In this document: positions 14,454 through 28,689 of the stretch, in pieces | How the letters are laid out: each line of letters starts with the position of its first letter | Position numbering within the stretch: position 1 is the stretch's first letter | Source of the DNA: the human T2T-CHM13v2.0 reference genome, Homo sapiens | Reading direction: 5' to 3' (one strand) | Length of the DNA stretch: 64,000 nt | Assembly: GCF_009914755.1 (NCBI RefSeq) | Contig: NC_060930.1 | Program-made: the position numbers and the translations under genes | The notes under the pieces: generated by a model | Told to the model about the DNA's origin: nothing | The model's database searches: none | What the model saw: only the letters and a program-made list of their open reading frames with translations

Positions 14454-15596
14454 AACAAACAGAAAAAAAAAGGAACCGTGTTAAAAAAGACATAAAAGTC
14501 TTACTCAGTGTATCAAAAAGTTGTGATGTGCCACCAGCTATGTTTCTAAAATCATCAAATGGTAAAGCGTAATTAAAGTTTGTTTTGGTGTCTCTATTTT
14601 TAATGGGCCAGACTCAAAATGGCCTTTGCTCTTGTATAACACCAAAATCATAACCACGATTTATTTAGTACACTTAATGAGAGCTCATCCATTCTACACC
14701 ACTCAAGTGTTTTAGGATAGGTAATTATTTAAAATCTGCCCCCCAAAACTTTTAATTATAATGTTAGGCATATGCAGACATAATTAATTATAATAATAAA
14801 CATCCTTTAAAAATGAAATCACTAAATAGAGATTCTCTTTTTACCTCTTTTGTTTCATTCTTGGATCAGATATTAGTAATTGATGAATGAGAAAAAAATC
14901 TGTTAAGATGTCTTAAGACTCCTCAATCTGAAGTTTCCCTACCAAAAATACGTTCTTTTCTATGCATATCTGAGAAACTTCTACCCTTTCCTCAGAGTCC
15001 AAGGGCATACTTTTTTTCTGATGCATTTCTCTACTCTCCTAAAGTGAGTCACTCTATATTCCCTTGGAGATCTCTTCGAATGTTTATTATAACATCAATG
15101 GGTATATTATAGGGCCCCCTTCCTATGTCTGTATTCATTACCAAATTGTGGGTACCTTGAAGTCTGGAAATTGGTCTTCTAATTTTATTATTAGACACTT
15201 AGTTCCCATTATGATTCATGTAATGGAGATTTTTTAGATGTACTTTCAATAAAGAAATTACTTGACTAATTATATTAATTAACCAAATATGATAGCATGA
15301 GCCTCAAAGAGTTAGGAAAAAAATACCTTTGAAGTTCGTTAAAAAAGAACCATATTTCTAGAGTTTATCTCTGAAATTCTGTTTCTGTAAATTTAAAGTG
15401 AGGTACACTTTGCTCCAATTTTGATTCATCTACTTATCTGTCATTTAAATGATATATATTTATGTTTTTAAAATATAAGTAAAGATATATAGAAAGTTAG
15501 CAGTATGAGAACACCCACTCTCCTCAAATCACACATCTCATCATTCAGAAAGAATTATTAATAATATTAGGTAAATAGCAATATAAACATTTCTAC

Positions 15597-16299
15597 TGTG
15601 AGGGCAAATATAAATTAAAAATACGAGTTTTGATTCTTCCTGTTGAAAATAAGGGAAGAGACTCCTCCTTTCCCTTTTCCTAGAGCATTTACTGTAAAAA
15701 ATGTGTCATTATAAATTATTTTTCTGTCTCTTCCAAGTGTACCTATGTAAATCTTTTTTAAAAGCTAAATAACGCTCTTGACAGCTTAAAGACCCAGCAA
15801 TGTCTTTCTATGACCTGAGAACTGTCTCTTTGATATGCAATCACAAGGAAGATAACACCCTTATCTCTCAGTTTCTATGGGAGGATAGACGCCTCACTTA
15901 AGCAGTAGCTTAGCTACAAGGTACAAAACTGTCTCTTGTCATAAAGATATGAGAAGTGTATTTTTCCTTTGGATAAGGCCAATTAGGTAAAACAGTTGGT
16001 CACCTTAATTCACAAGTGAGTTTAGAATAAATTTTGTTTGACAAATGGTCTTTTCAAGTGTTCTGTTGGGGGCTAGCTATTGTTTATCTTGAGAACACTT
16101 TGCAAGGGTTGTATCTACTTAGCTACTTAATAAGGCGGGATTTCTTTCAGTCTTTGTCATCTCTTAGTAGACTGCCTGTGATGTACTTCACAATCTGGTT
16201 TAATGCTTATTCAATAATACATTTTTTTTCTCCTCTATATTTGTGGAGAGGTTTTCAGGGTTGAGGGGAGATTTTGCTTTTAATTATATATTACCAACA
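15597..16299 (+). mobile_element. ERV1 (MER4-group; LTR51-like, tentative) solo LTR
   Basis: TG...CA ends; perfect 4-bp TSD ctac (15593-15596 and 16300-16303); ERV1-LTR-like interior. Confidence 0.75.
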
Positions 16300-16579
16300 C
16301 TACACAAAACTAAACATTATTTCTTGTGCAAAAGCTTCTATCTTTGACTATTTTTATCTGTTGCACGTGTTGATTGGTTGAATTTCATTATTGAGCAGAA
16401 CCACCATTCCTCCTGACCCCCCTTCACTCAGCCAAAAGGATCAATAACTACTCTACCCTTAAACCCTTAAATTGAAATTTTCCTTGGTATTTTCTATATA
16501 ATTTATTCACTCCTAAGCTTGTTTGTTTGTTTTTCCCAGACTTGTAAAGATGGTACTCGATCTTTCTTATTTTTTTTTA

Positions 16580-16925
16580 ATTTTTCTTAATTTTGAAGAC
16601 ATTTCTTCTCAGCCAAATATGAGTGACCAATGGCCTGTGATACAGTTCCAGGACATCTTGAGAACAAGTGCCAAGGCTACAGCTTGTTTTTTTTTTTATG
16701 TTTTAAAGAGACATAATACATCAATCAATACATGTAAGATGTATATGGGTTTTGTCCAGAAAGGTGAGACGACTTGAAGTGGGGGCTTCCAGGTCATCAG
16801 TGGATTCAAATATTTTCTTATTAGCAATTGGCTGAACAACTTATTTTAAGCTAGACTTGCCTAAAGACTTGGAACCAATAGAAAAGAATGTCTGGGTTTA
16901 GACAAGGGGTTGTGGAGACTCAATG
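16580..16925 (-). mobile_element. MER4-family LTR fragment
   Basis: agccaaatatgagtgacc...gagacataatacatcaatcaatacatgtaagatg...gggggcttccaggtcat matches reverse MER4. Confidence 0.75.
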
Positions 16926-16944
16926 TTATTATTATTATTATCAT

Positions 16945-17195
16945 TTGAGACAGGATTTCACTTTGTCACTCAGGCTGCTAGAGTGCAGTTATCACTGCTC
17001 ACTGCAGCCTGTACCTCTTGGGCTCAAGCAATCCTCTCATCTCAGCCTTCAGCATACCAGGAACCACAGTTGTGTGTCACCATGCCCAACTAACTTTTTT
17101 TTTCTATGTTTTGTACAGATGGAGTCTCATTATGTTGCCCCAGCTGGTCTTGAGCTCCTGGGCTCAAGAAATCCTTCTTCCTCTGCCTCCCAAAG
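16945..17195 (-). mobile_element. AluJ (diverged, truncated)
   Basis: ttgagacagg...gctcaagcaatcctc...tatgttgccc...ctcctgggctcaag (AluJ diagnostics). Confidence 0.85.
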
Positions 17196-17339
17196 ACAGG
17201 ATACCAGAGAGAAAGATACTTTTTAAATAGAGTAAGTAGCATGTAAAATAAAAATTAAAGCGTATTAATAACAAATGGATAATAAATCGGGAGCCACTCT
17301 TTTTAAATCACAATTTATTAAAAAAACACTATTATTCAT

Positions 17340-18330
17340 GATCCATTCATTCAACACATGTTAATTGAGTTTCTGCCACACAACAGGCTCTATGCTAGCT
17401 GATAAGAATACACTAGTGAGCAAAACAAAACCTCATCTTCCTGGAGCTTATATTCTTATTGGGTTCTATTGTCAACTTATAGAAAAAAAATCTCTATAAA
17501 CTGATTTGTAATACATAGTATAGAGAAAATATAAATAAAGAATGATAAGAGTGACACTTTAAATATAGTGATAAGAAAATTATCTCTGATGAGGTAACAT
17601 TTAGGCCAAAATTTGAAAGGAGTCGAGAAAGATATAAAAAGTAGAGAATGAGCAAATGCAAAGGCCTTTAAAGAAAAAAGTAATTGGATATTTAGAAGAA
17701 CATCATGAAAACCATCATAATTGATGATCAAGGAATGAGGGAGTGAAAGGGAAGGTTGTAAAGGTAGGCAGAGAACAGGAATTTACCCTCAGTCATGTGG
17801 GAAGCTATTGGAGGATGTCGAGCAAAGAATGACGTGATCAAACTCACAGTTTAAGAGCACCGTTAATGCGAAAATAAACTAAAAGCAAGGGAAGGTGGGT
17901 GGAGAGAAAATTTAGGAGGTTATTACAATAAACCAGGTAAGAAATGAAGAAGTTTAAACCATGATGTTAGTGGTGATTGTGGTGAGAAGTTATTTTGACT
18001 ATATTCTGAAGGTAACGATAACAGAATTTGCTAAAGAATTGGATGTAAGTTATGAAGTGAGAGCTACGAAATGGTAATTCTAGGGCTTATGGTTAGGGTA
18101 ACTGAAAAGGGCAGTTGGTCTTAAGGGAAACACGGTAGGCTGGAGACCAGAAAATTTGGAGAGGCAAAAAAGGCATATTATTTTCAGCATGCTAGTTGAG
18201 ATGTCTTTGGTTGTTAGATGTCCACATCTGGCAATCAGAACAGAAATAAAAACTAGAGATATAATTTGGGATTCACCCACATATAGATGGTGTTTAAGTA
18301 CTGACACTAGAGGATAACACTTACAGAGTC
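17340..18330 (-). mobile_element. L2 LINE 3' region
   Basis: attcattcaacacatgttaattgag (reverse L2 3' terminus), followed by a typical purine-rich L2 body. Confidence 0.75.
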
Positions 18331-18689
18331 CATGGTCTTGATATAATATGAAAGCAGCTATATTCTTTGGTTGGTTCTTAGATAATAAATAGCTGGAGAT
18401 ACTAACTTGAGTATAACGTACGTAGAATTCATAGGTAACACTGAGAAGGGACAAATCGTCTGTTATTCTCCAGCTTAAAGTTACAAAGTTAGAAAATAAA
18501 CCATTTGCCTAATAACGATATTACCAGAAATGTCCTCTCCTCTGCTGTACATGAGAAAATAAACACCCACAGTAAAATGTCTTTAATGTTAACCGTAGCA
18601 TGCTACTCAATAGCAGTCTCATAGTATCTGTAGAAAGTATCTATAGTGGACATGGCATCTAGCAATGCTATCTTGGAAAATGGAGTTGT

Positions 18690-19136
<447 letters not shown>

Positions 19137-19478
19137 GAAAATGGAGTTGCATTTAACTATTTCTGTCTTTTGCCATCATGATGCTTGATGTTAACAAATA
19201 AATATTTTCTTTTTATTATATATTTAAATAGTAGGTAGATTTTAAATTGCTCACCATTTTTAATTACTTTGTGATTTTTACTAGCCTTTTCAGTTTGAAC
19301 ATTTTATATTTTATCTTTGTAATATATTACATATTATTTCACTGTTATGTCTTGTTTCACTATTAAACCCCTACTTAGCAACTCTCTTCAACCATGTAAC
19401 ATCAAGTCCAATATTGCATTTAAACAAACGTTAAATATTTAAAGGCTTTCGAGGTGTTTGTCCGTTATTAGTCTACTA

Positions 19479-19533
19479 TTAGATTGGTATAAAAGTAATT
19501 GTGGTTTTTGCCATTGCTTCTGCACCAACCTAA
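19479..19533. mobile_element. MADE1 (Hsmar1-derived MITE) with internal deletion
   Basis: ttagattggtataaaagtaattgtggtttttgccatt...tgcaccaacctaa; 55 bp versus the 80-bp consensus. Confidence 0.8.
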
Positions 19534-20913
19534 CATAATCATGGAAAGAAAGTTAATTCTAATTTTGAAAAAAAATTGTTCCTAGCTTGAGAAAATAGTA
19601 GAAGTCCTCTACGCTTTAATCACTATTTCTAGTTGTGTTCTCTTTATTTCAGTGTGGTGCCTTCTGGTTGTATGAAAGCAGCTAAGACATAACTGAATAA
19701 ATGTATAAATGCATTAACATTTCTCACCTTAAAATATCTAGAAATTTTAAATGCAGGGATAAATTAGATGGTTTGCCATTTTTATGATTCTAAGAATTCC
19801 ATTTCAGATGTGAATCTGTGAATTCATATATTAGTTTTAAGACAGAAAATTGTATACTCTTTGTCCTGTTCAAAGTAAATTTTACAATATTAATATTTTA
19901 TCTCCAGCACTGTGAATCATATTAGCACATGCTAAGTACTTGTACTGATGTAATAAAATTATATATCCATGCAGCAATATAAACTGAATGCCTACTATGT
20001 GCCAGAAAAAGCTAAGGTAGATATTTGGCATAGAAGTGAACTATATTAAAATGTGAAATTAACTCAAACATATGATGCTGGAATAATTGGAATGAAATGC
20101 CCCTGTTTGCTCTCTAGGGTATCATCATAGTTCACAATATTACCAAGGATTTTTTCAAGATTTTCATGGAAACTTACTGTCATTTTCTAGTCTATTTTCT
20201 AATCTCTGCTTTCCAAAATATCCTTCACAGTATATGTTTTATTACCTTGTCAAAATTAATTTTTGATACAGCCTATCTTCTTGCATAGTTCCTCCCATGG
20301 TACATATTTGCCCTACTTTTTCTTTATCCTCTCAATTTTGAAGAAAAAAATGCATGTATTATTTTTATTCCTCCATAATAATTCCCATTTGGTTGGTTTT
20401 CAACAGCAGAAGCAGCATCTCTAAAGGTTTAATTGGAAGAGCATATCATATTCTGTAGAAATGAGGAGACCCTAAGTGGTATTAATTTATCAAAGGTGGT
20501 CCGATTACCTGAGTAAGAGTCAGAGGATACTTTTAAAAGATAATTAAACTAGGTTCAGTAACAGGTACAGAAAATTACAGAAACTTACAAGTCTTCACTT
20601 TAGAATCTTTCCCACTCCTTATTTCAGGAATAAATTAATTCAAGAAGAGTGTTCCAAGTTGCTAAAATAACTTAGCCTTTGGGGAAATAGCTAAGCTTTA
20701 TATTATTCTTTTTAATTTTAATAATACAAATGTGAATTAAGTGTGACAGAGAGAACCATAATGTGGATTTCCATTCCCTTATTTTTTAGCAGTTTCTATG
20801 TGGTGGGCACTATAATATTTGTTTCTAGTGAAAGTAAGGATATAGGGCATAATTATTTCTCCCCAAAAATTTATAAACTGATGGGATTTACTTTGGCCAT
20901 GAAATATAAAATA

Positions 20914-20936
20914 TGTGTGTGTGTGTGTGTGTGTGT
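20914..20936. repeat. (TG)n microsatellite
   Basis: Directly visible. Confidence 0.9.
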
Positions 20937-21038
20937 TTAAACTAAAATCAGAATTTTAGTAATCATTTTGGTAAATTGCATGAACTGAGTTTACTAATAA
21001 ATACAAAGTTATTTCAAAATTTACTAATTTTAATTATC

Positions 21039-21132
21039 TTTTAAAAACTTATATTAAATTCGGGGTACATGTGAAGGTTTGTTACACAGGTAAACTTGTG
21101 CCATGGGAGTTTGTTGTACAGATTATTTCATT
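21039..21132 (-). mobile_element. Old L1PA 3'-end fragment
   Basis: ggggtacatgtgaaggtttgttacacaggtaaacttgtgccatggg...tgtacagattattt. Confidence 0.75.
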
Positions 21133-22696
21133 GTTGTATCTCATGCACCCTTTGAACTAATGGCTGTTAGAAAACAATCCCATAGTAATTTCTAACTTCC
21201 CTGAGCCTTCTGTACTGTCTATATTACTCCTTCTTTGTTCTTAAACAGCTCCATATCCCAGTTTTCTCATCTTTCCCAAATATCCACAGCTCTTGTACCT
21301 TGCTCTATTCTAACACTTATCCTTAACTCAGAGCACAACCTAACAGAATATTAAATCAACAAAGAAACCTCTCAACATATGCATTTCCATTATTGTCTGT
21401 GGTTAATTTTAATTTCAGGGGAAGAAATCCCTTAAGCCAGTTATGAACAACACAGCCTCTCATGGGATTGCCCCAACACTCATCTCTCTTATCTCTGTCT
21501 GCAGCCCAGCCCACAGCTGGCTATTTTTTAATGACAAATTTCTCTCAGCCTGCAAATATGTTTATGTCTATTTCATTCATCTTCATCTTATAATTATTTC
21601 TTGATCAGATATTATCCCTAGCATTTTTCAAAATTTCTTCAACTCTCAAAGTCTACCAGGGATTTTATATAAAAGCAGACAATACATTTCAGGTAAATTA
21701 AAAATACCATCATAGTGTTTAAATTGAAAAATAAAATGTAAATAAGAGTAAAAAGAACTATTAATAGTTTTAATTGATGAGGAAGTTGGCATTGTTTATA
21801 ATATTTTTAAAGCTCTCTAAAACATAATGTTGATGAATGGCTGAAAACACTCTTCTGGTTTAATCTTTAATAGGTTTCCTTGCTTACTCATTATAAATAA
21901 TAAATTGGAATATCCTAACTTACAATTATCATTCATATGAAATGACTGGAAGTGTTTGGCAGTTTTGTCAGGCAACTTAAGATGCTGGATTCAATGTAGA
22001 TTAAAAACTATGAAGTTATTTCTCACTTGTCAGGGAAAACTTACTTTGCATTGCTTCTTGGAAATGAATCAATTCATATTCCTAAAAAGGCATGTAGAAT
22101 AACTTTACAACAAAAAGAAAATCTTGCTTTTTCTTATTGTGAAGTCAACTGATTTACATGTGAGATAACCAAATAAAATTAATATGGCCTTATATAGTGA
22201 GTTAAGCATCATATTTTAGCAAACACATATTTTACAAAAATTTGTAATAATTAAATGAAAATGTCCACGACAAATACTTAAATAAGCAGAGACTTGAAAA
22301 GCAAAAAATAAAAAAGTAAGCATTTTAGAGTTAAATGCAAAAATAACAAGGGAAGGTTTCTTTACAAATAAACTGGTCAGATGCACTTTGACTATAAACT
22401 TGTAAGTTATAAATATAAGTCCAATTTGAAATAACATGAAGCTTAATCTAAGTTATACCAACATTTTAGGTTTTTAACATATTTTACATTCAAGTAATTT
22501 TTCAGCCTTCTGCTTTATGCTTTTCATAAAATATCTGTGCATTCAAAATACTTGCGCTTTCATATCCTTAAGGTGTCTTATTTAGAAATAGTGAACATTT
22601 TGGTCTATGATTTCAACAGTAATTTTAGGCAAACTAAAGCAAACTATTTAAGGTTTTTAATCTCCACTATTACTCACTAAAGAATATATTCAGTGC

Positions 22697-23068
<372 letters not shown>

Positions 23069-24056
23069 TCAATACTCTAGAGGATATTTTAGTTACTTTC
23101 AAATCTCAAAGATTAAACATTTATTGATAATGTCAATTCAATGCCTACTTTTGGTTAAATAAAACTCCAAAAATATTTCTTCTACTTTATGAATGTAGTT
23201 ATTACATTTACCCATTGGTATGTTATCTATTTCCTTTCTAAGCCATATTGAAACCTCAGTTGTTAGGATAGTGTTCAGTTCTCAATGATTATGCTATCTG
23301 TACTAGTTTTGTTTTTCTAAGAAATATTGAAATATTATTATTATTTAAAATCCTGGCACTTCCACCTCTGGTAAAATATTCCAGATATTTAAAATATAGA
23401 ATACATATAACTAAACTATTTTAGTTTGATAACCTGATGGAAATTTTAAATTTATTTTTCACTAACATTATCAGTTATAAAATCTAATCATGTGTAATCA
23501 TAAGTAGAAAAATAATGAAGTAAAATCAACAACAGGAACAGCTAAATCTCAAGAGAGTAATTTCCATTTTAACAACTACCTGACTTCAGTATAGAAAAGC
23601 TATATTAAAATGAATAAATTTTCTTAAAATTATCACACAGCAGTTCGAAAAAATTGTGTACCTACAGACAAAGGTTTGACCAAAGTTATGATTTTTCTAT
23701 CTTTGTCAACACTAAGGTCAGACAGTATATTATCGATGATCACTTTCTCACTCTAATAAAGCAGAATGTGAATTGCCCTTTTATTCAATCTCTATTTGCA
23801 CATGAATGAATTTTCTTGCTGTACAGAGATGAATTTCCATCAATACCAAATCCAACTCATCTTTTCTAGTTTTGTCTCTTCCGTGATAAACAGTTACAGC
23901 CGTTTACACCCACATACACGCAGACACACAATTAATGTCAAGAGCTAAGTCTTATTATCTAAGATTATTGGTTTTATCCTTGATAGCATATTACCTAATA
24001 CTAATACTTGCTCTTCTACAATATATGACTTTGATATTATGTGGAATTAATTAGTA

Positions 24057-24873
24057 CAGTAGTCCCTTTATTTTATATAGTTTTTCTTTCCTCCGTATCA
24101 GTCAATTACAGTCTGAAAAAAAACAAAACCATTGCTATTACACTTGGGGGCCAGAACACATGAACACAGGGAGGGGAACATCACACACTGGGGCCTGTCA
24201 GGGGGTGGGGAGCTAAGGGAAGGATAGCATTAGGAGAAATACCTAATGTAGGTTATGGGTTGATGGGTGCAGCAAACCACCATGGCACCTGTATACCTGT
24301 GTAACAAACCTGCACGTTCTGCACGTGTATCCCAGAACTTAAAGTATAATACATTTTTTTAAATGGCTACTTGAACACCAAGCACTGTGATAGTGAGATA
24401 GTTGAGTTGACAACCAATATACCTACTGAGTAAGAAAAATCTGAGCAGAATAAAGCAGGATGGTGTGAGATTTTATTATACCACTCAGAACAATGCACAA
24501 TTTAAAACTCGAGAATTGTTTATTTCTGTATTTTCAAATTTATGTTACAATGCCAACACTAGTCACACACTTACCTCACCATGTAGGCATTTTATTATAT
24601 CATTACAAGAAGAGTGAGTGCAGTACAATGAGATATTTTGAGATGAAAGACAACATTAATATATATTTCATTACAAAATATTATTATAATTGTTCTATTT
24701 TATAATTAGTTATTGTTGTTAGTTTCTTACTTTGCCTAATTTATAAATTAAACTTTATTTTAGGTGTGTACATATAGGAAAAGGTAGTGTATATCAGGTT
24801 CAGTGTAATCTGTGGTTTCAGGCATCCACTGGGGGTGTTTGAATGTAGCTCCATGGGTGAGGGTGAACTATAG
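24057..24873. mobile_element. MER44 (Tigger7) DNA transposon with an internal inversion
   Basis: TA-flanked TIRs cagtagtccc... and ...gggtgaactatag; right arm ggcatccactggggg; middle (24130-24545) reads as the reverse complement of the MER44 interior. Confidence 0.8.
24154..24350 (+). mobile_element. L1PA7/8-like 3'-end fragment inside MER44
   Basis: gaacacatgaacacagggaggggaacatcacacactgggg...cagaacttaaagtataat. Confidence 0.9.
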
Positions 24874-25149
24874 TATATGATGAATAAATTTTGCTCTAGA
24901 AATTTTTTTAAATAACAGATTAAAAATAACTTTTAACATCTCAAGGTAATGAAACTTGTGTCTGATTTTGCTACTAGGAATCCTCATCTTTAATAGATTC
25001 TCTGTAGTTTTCATTGTTTTTTCTCTCCTAGAGACAAAATTCTCTTTTTAGTAATCAAAATATTTACTTTTGATTGTTCTAATAAACCAAATAGCATAAA
25101 TAGGTTTAAACATATTAGACACATATGAAAAATAGATGGGTAAGATCAC

Positions 25150-26655
25150 TAGAAAGAAAATTACAAAAAATGTTGAAAGAAATTGTGAAGTCCTAAATAA
25201 ATGTTTCCTTTATGTGGACGGATTGTAAGACTCAATACCAGAATGTTTGGTAAGATATCAATCCTTTCTTAATCTATAAATAGAATCTCATTTAAGAAAT
25301 AATCGTTTGGGGAATAAAAACTTGGGGTTAATTGATTATATTTATTTTAAAATTAATCAAATACAAAATAATAGAATACCCAAATTAAAGAAAATGTGTA
25401 GATAGACATAAAACTCTATAAAATATTTAATCTATCTATGTAGAGATAAAGGGGAGGAGAAAGAGGAGAAGAAAGTTGGAATAAGTATACTGTTAATATT
25501 AGCACCTGATTTTGAAGCTTACTATAAAGGTACAATAATTCAGAAAAGTGTGGAACTGGTAAAAGAACAAAATTAATGACCAATGATACCAAACAGAGGG
25601 CTCAGAAATAGAACCACACAAACATCATGAGTTAATTTTATACAAAGGTATCAAAGCAATTAATTAAAAAAGGAAAGTCTTTTAACAAATGATGCAGAAA
25701 AAACTGGATAAAGTTGGAATAAAGGAAACTTAAATACTCAAACAAAAAAAGCAACCCCAATAGTAGGAAAACATAATAAAATATATTAATGACATTTATT
25801 AATCAAAGATTTCATAGGTAAGACAAAAAAGGACAAAGCATAGAAGTAAAAAATAGACTTCATCAAAATTAAAACTTTATGCAAATCAATAAGCATCATT
25901 AGGAAATTAAATGTTGCTCAAGAGTATCAGTTATATGGTAAATTAGTTGTCACATTAAAACAAACTAATGGCTAATAGAAAAATCATAGGCAAAACCAAA
26001 AGTTGATAAGGATATGGAAATATTGGAACTGTCATATTTTCTGGAAGGCTTATAAATTTATACAACCACTCTGGAAAACTATTTTATAGTTTCTTGTAAA
26101 ACTAAATATACACCCATTTTTTTTCTCAGTTCTAGTCTTAAGTGCTTACCCAAGAGATAGAAACAATTATTTTCAAACAAAACTACTTATATGAGAATAT
26201 TACATAAATTTCACTTATAACAGGCAAAACTCCAAACAACCCAATTTTCCATCAACTACATAATAGAAAAATTTAGTTTATTAAATCAATTGAATGCTAC
26301 TCAACAATACAAGGAATTAACTACTGACATTCACAATATAGATGAATCTCAAAAATATTATATTGAGATGATAAAGCCAGAAACAACAGTTATTTCAGTT
26401 ATATAAATTCTTCGATACCAAGATAAATAACAGAAAAAAACTAATTTATGGTAATAAAAATCAGAAGAGTATTTTCTTGTAGAGGTAAATATTTACAGGA
26501 AGAATCAGAATGAAGTACTCTGAGGTGATAGAAATGTTAGATGTATCCTGACCAGAGTATTGATTACATGGGTGTGCACAAATATCAAAACAAATTACAT
26601 TGTACACTTAAGATAGGCTCATTTTACTGTATATTAACTTGACCCCAATATTTAA
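25150..26655 (+). mobile_element. Old L1M (L1MC/ME-like) ORF2 end and 3'UTR
   Basis: Degenerate L1 motifs: agacttcatcaaaattaaaact; tacaaccactctggaaaac; gatgaatctcaaaaatattatattgag; gtacacttaagat. Confidence 0.7.
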
Positions 26656-27789
26656 AAATATAATAGAGTGATAATCAGGTGCAAAACAATCACTAATATA
26701 ATAAAATCAATAAAGTCCAGATTTCTCTTAAATTTGGCTTCTCGTGCCAATTCACACAATAGTAGATTTTTTAAAATTACAACTAGAATTTCATTATATA
26801 ATTTAATCATATTTGTCTTTACTATTAGTAGAAAGGAAATTAGGTAGGAATTTAGTAATTATTTTTGAATAAATGGTACATAAATGGTTATTACATATTC
26901 ACTGTCATATACATATGCATATAAATACAATCTTTATATATATTTTTACTTTCAGTGAACCCTCCTTAATGCCAGATACCTTTGTTCAGTTAGAAATATA
27001 ACATAGCACAATAATGGAATCAAAATTACGAAGTTTTCTATTGTTACATTGTTGATGAAAAAATGTGAAAATAATTTTGTTAAAATGAGCTACATCCACT
27101 TAATTTTAAATTACCTAAATTAGACTAGGGCAATGGTACATGCAGTTTTTGTTTCACATGAGCAAACAATAAGAGTTATGTATTATTAAGATCACAGTGA
27201 GAGCTCTGCAAAGCTATAAAAATTATAGAAAGTACAAATTGTGAAAACATATGAAAGCAAACATTTTAACTGTTTTTCTTCTTAAGCTCCCATAATTTCT
27301 TTCATCTTTTTGACCAAATGCCATGAATTATCAAAGACTCACAAACCCCTTTTTCAATGAAAAACTCCTCTAGAACAAGATATGTTTCATAGCATTGCCC
27401 TACCCTTCTCATTCAATCTGTTCAAATAAGCTTTTTTTTCCCATGAGTATTCACTTCATCTTTCATCTATTTTGCTATAAAGTACATTATGACACCAGTC
27501 CCTTTCATCTCTTCAATAAAATTCTCCACTATGTGCCAAATGTAAAGCCAATTTCTAGGCCCTTATTTTAATAGACCATTTTCCTGTGTTTGTCACAATT
27601 CATCTATATTTCCTTCTGGAAAACTGATTCTGTAGGGCTGTGTGAGGTCTTTCACTTCAGTCATCTTTGCTTCCTTAATCTCATCTTATGGAAGTGATTT
27701 TTTATAAGCCTCCAAAGCTGATTTATATACGGTTTATATGTGCTCTTCAAATAATAACATATTGCAATAGCATACTGTATTTTGGCATT

Positions 27790-27915
27790 TGCATTTTCCT
27801 CTATCCTTCACTTGATTGTAAGTTACTCAAGGAAAGTTTGTCTTATTCATATTTGCTTTTCCAGTGCCTGATACTTGTTAGATGACTAGTAAAAAATGTT
27901 CTTAATAAATTAATA
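27790..27915 (+). mobile_element. L2 3' end fragment
   Basis: gattgtaagttactcaagg...tgtcttattcat...ccagtgcctg. Confidence 0.55.
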
Positions 27916-28182
27916 TTGAGAATATATTTAAAAATCCTAACAATAATATACATCAGTATGTATCACTTTTAACAGCAGGCTATGGGAACATGATAAAGTA
28001 ACGATTTGAGATCTGGAAAAGCTTTCTTGTAGAGATCACCTTTTTTCTCATTAGGAAGTGAATTCCATTGACAAAGAAAGTAATAGAGAAGGGGGCACTG
28101 AATTTAGAAGCAAGTATTTGTAAATAAGAGAAATACAAATACCTTATGGTTTCAAAAATAATATTTGTACTTTTGTCCCTGA

Positions 28183-28616
28183 GCACTGGTTAAGTTTATG
28201 TTTCAACATGGATAGGACACAGTACCCAGATATTTGGTCTAGCATGCATGGATTTGGCCGTGAAGGTATTTTTAAAGATAAGATTAACATTTAAATTAGT
28301 AGACTTGAGTAAAGCAAATTAACCCCCCAATATAGTTACATTTTATCCATATCCGTATCTTAACCCATAAGGATTTTAAGAAAAGAATTGACCTCCAAAG
28401 AAGAGGAAGTTCTGCAAGTAGACTGTCTTCAGACTTCAGGTGCAACATAAACTGTTTCCTGAATTTCCAGTCTGCCAGCCTACTGTGCAGAATTTGGACT
28501 TCCAATTCTGCACAATCACATGAACCAATTCCTTAAAATCAACCTCTTTCTGTCCTTCTCTCTTCTTTTTTCTCTCTGTCTCTGTCTCTTTCTCTCTCTC
28601 TGTCTCTTTCTCTCTA

Positions 28617-28649
<33 letters not shown>

Positions 28650-28689
28650 CCTAGTAGTACTGTGTCTCTGGAGAACCCTGACTACTACA
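28183..28689 (+). mobile_element. MLT2 (ERVL) solo LTR with internal (TC)n(CA)n
   Basis: ggttaagtttatgtttcaac...acagtacccagatatttggtc...ctggagaaccctgactactaca. Confidence 0.85.

Noticed and set aside
14294-14572. 92-aa ORF rich in K/E/G/R, and a possible EWS-FLI1 GGAA microsatellite
   Set aside because: The ORF is a translation of the GGAA repeat; uninterrupted GGAA runs are too short to call a response element.
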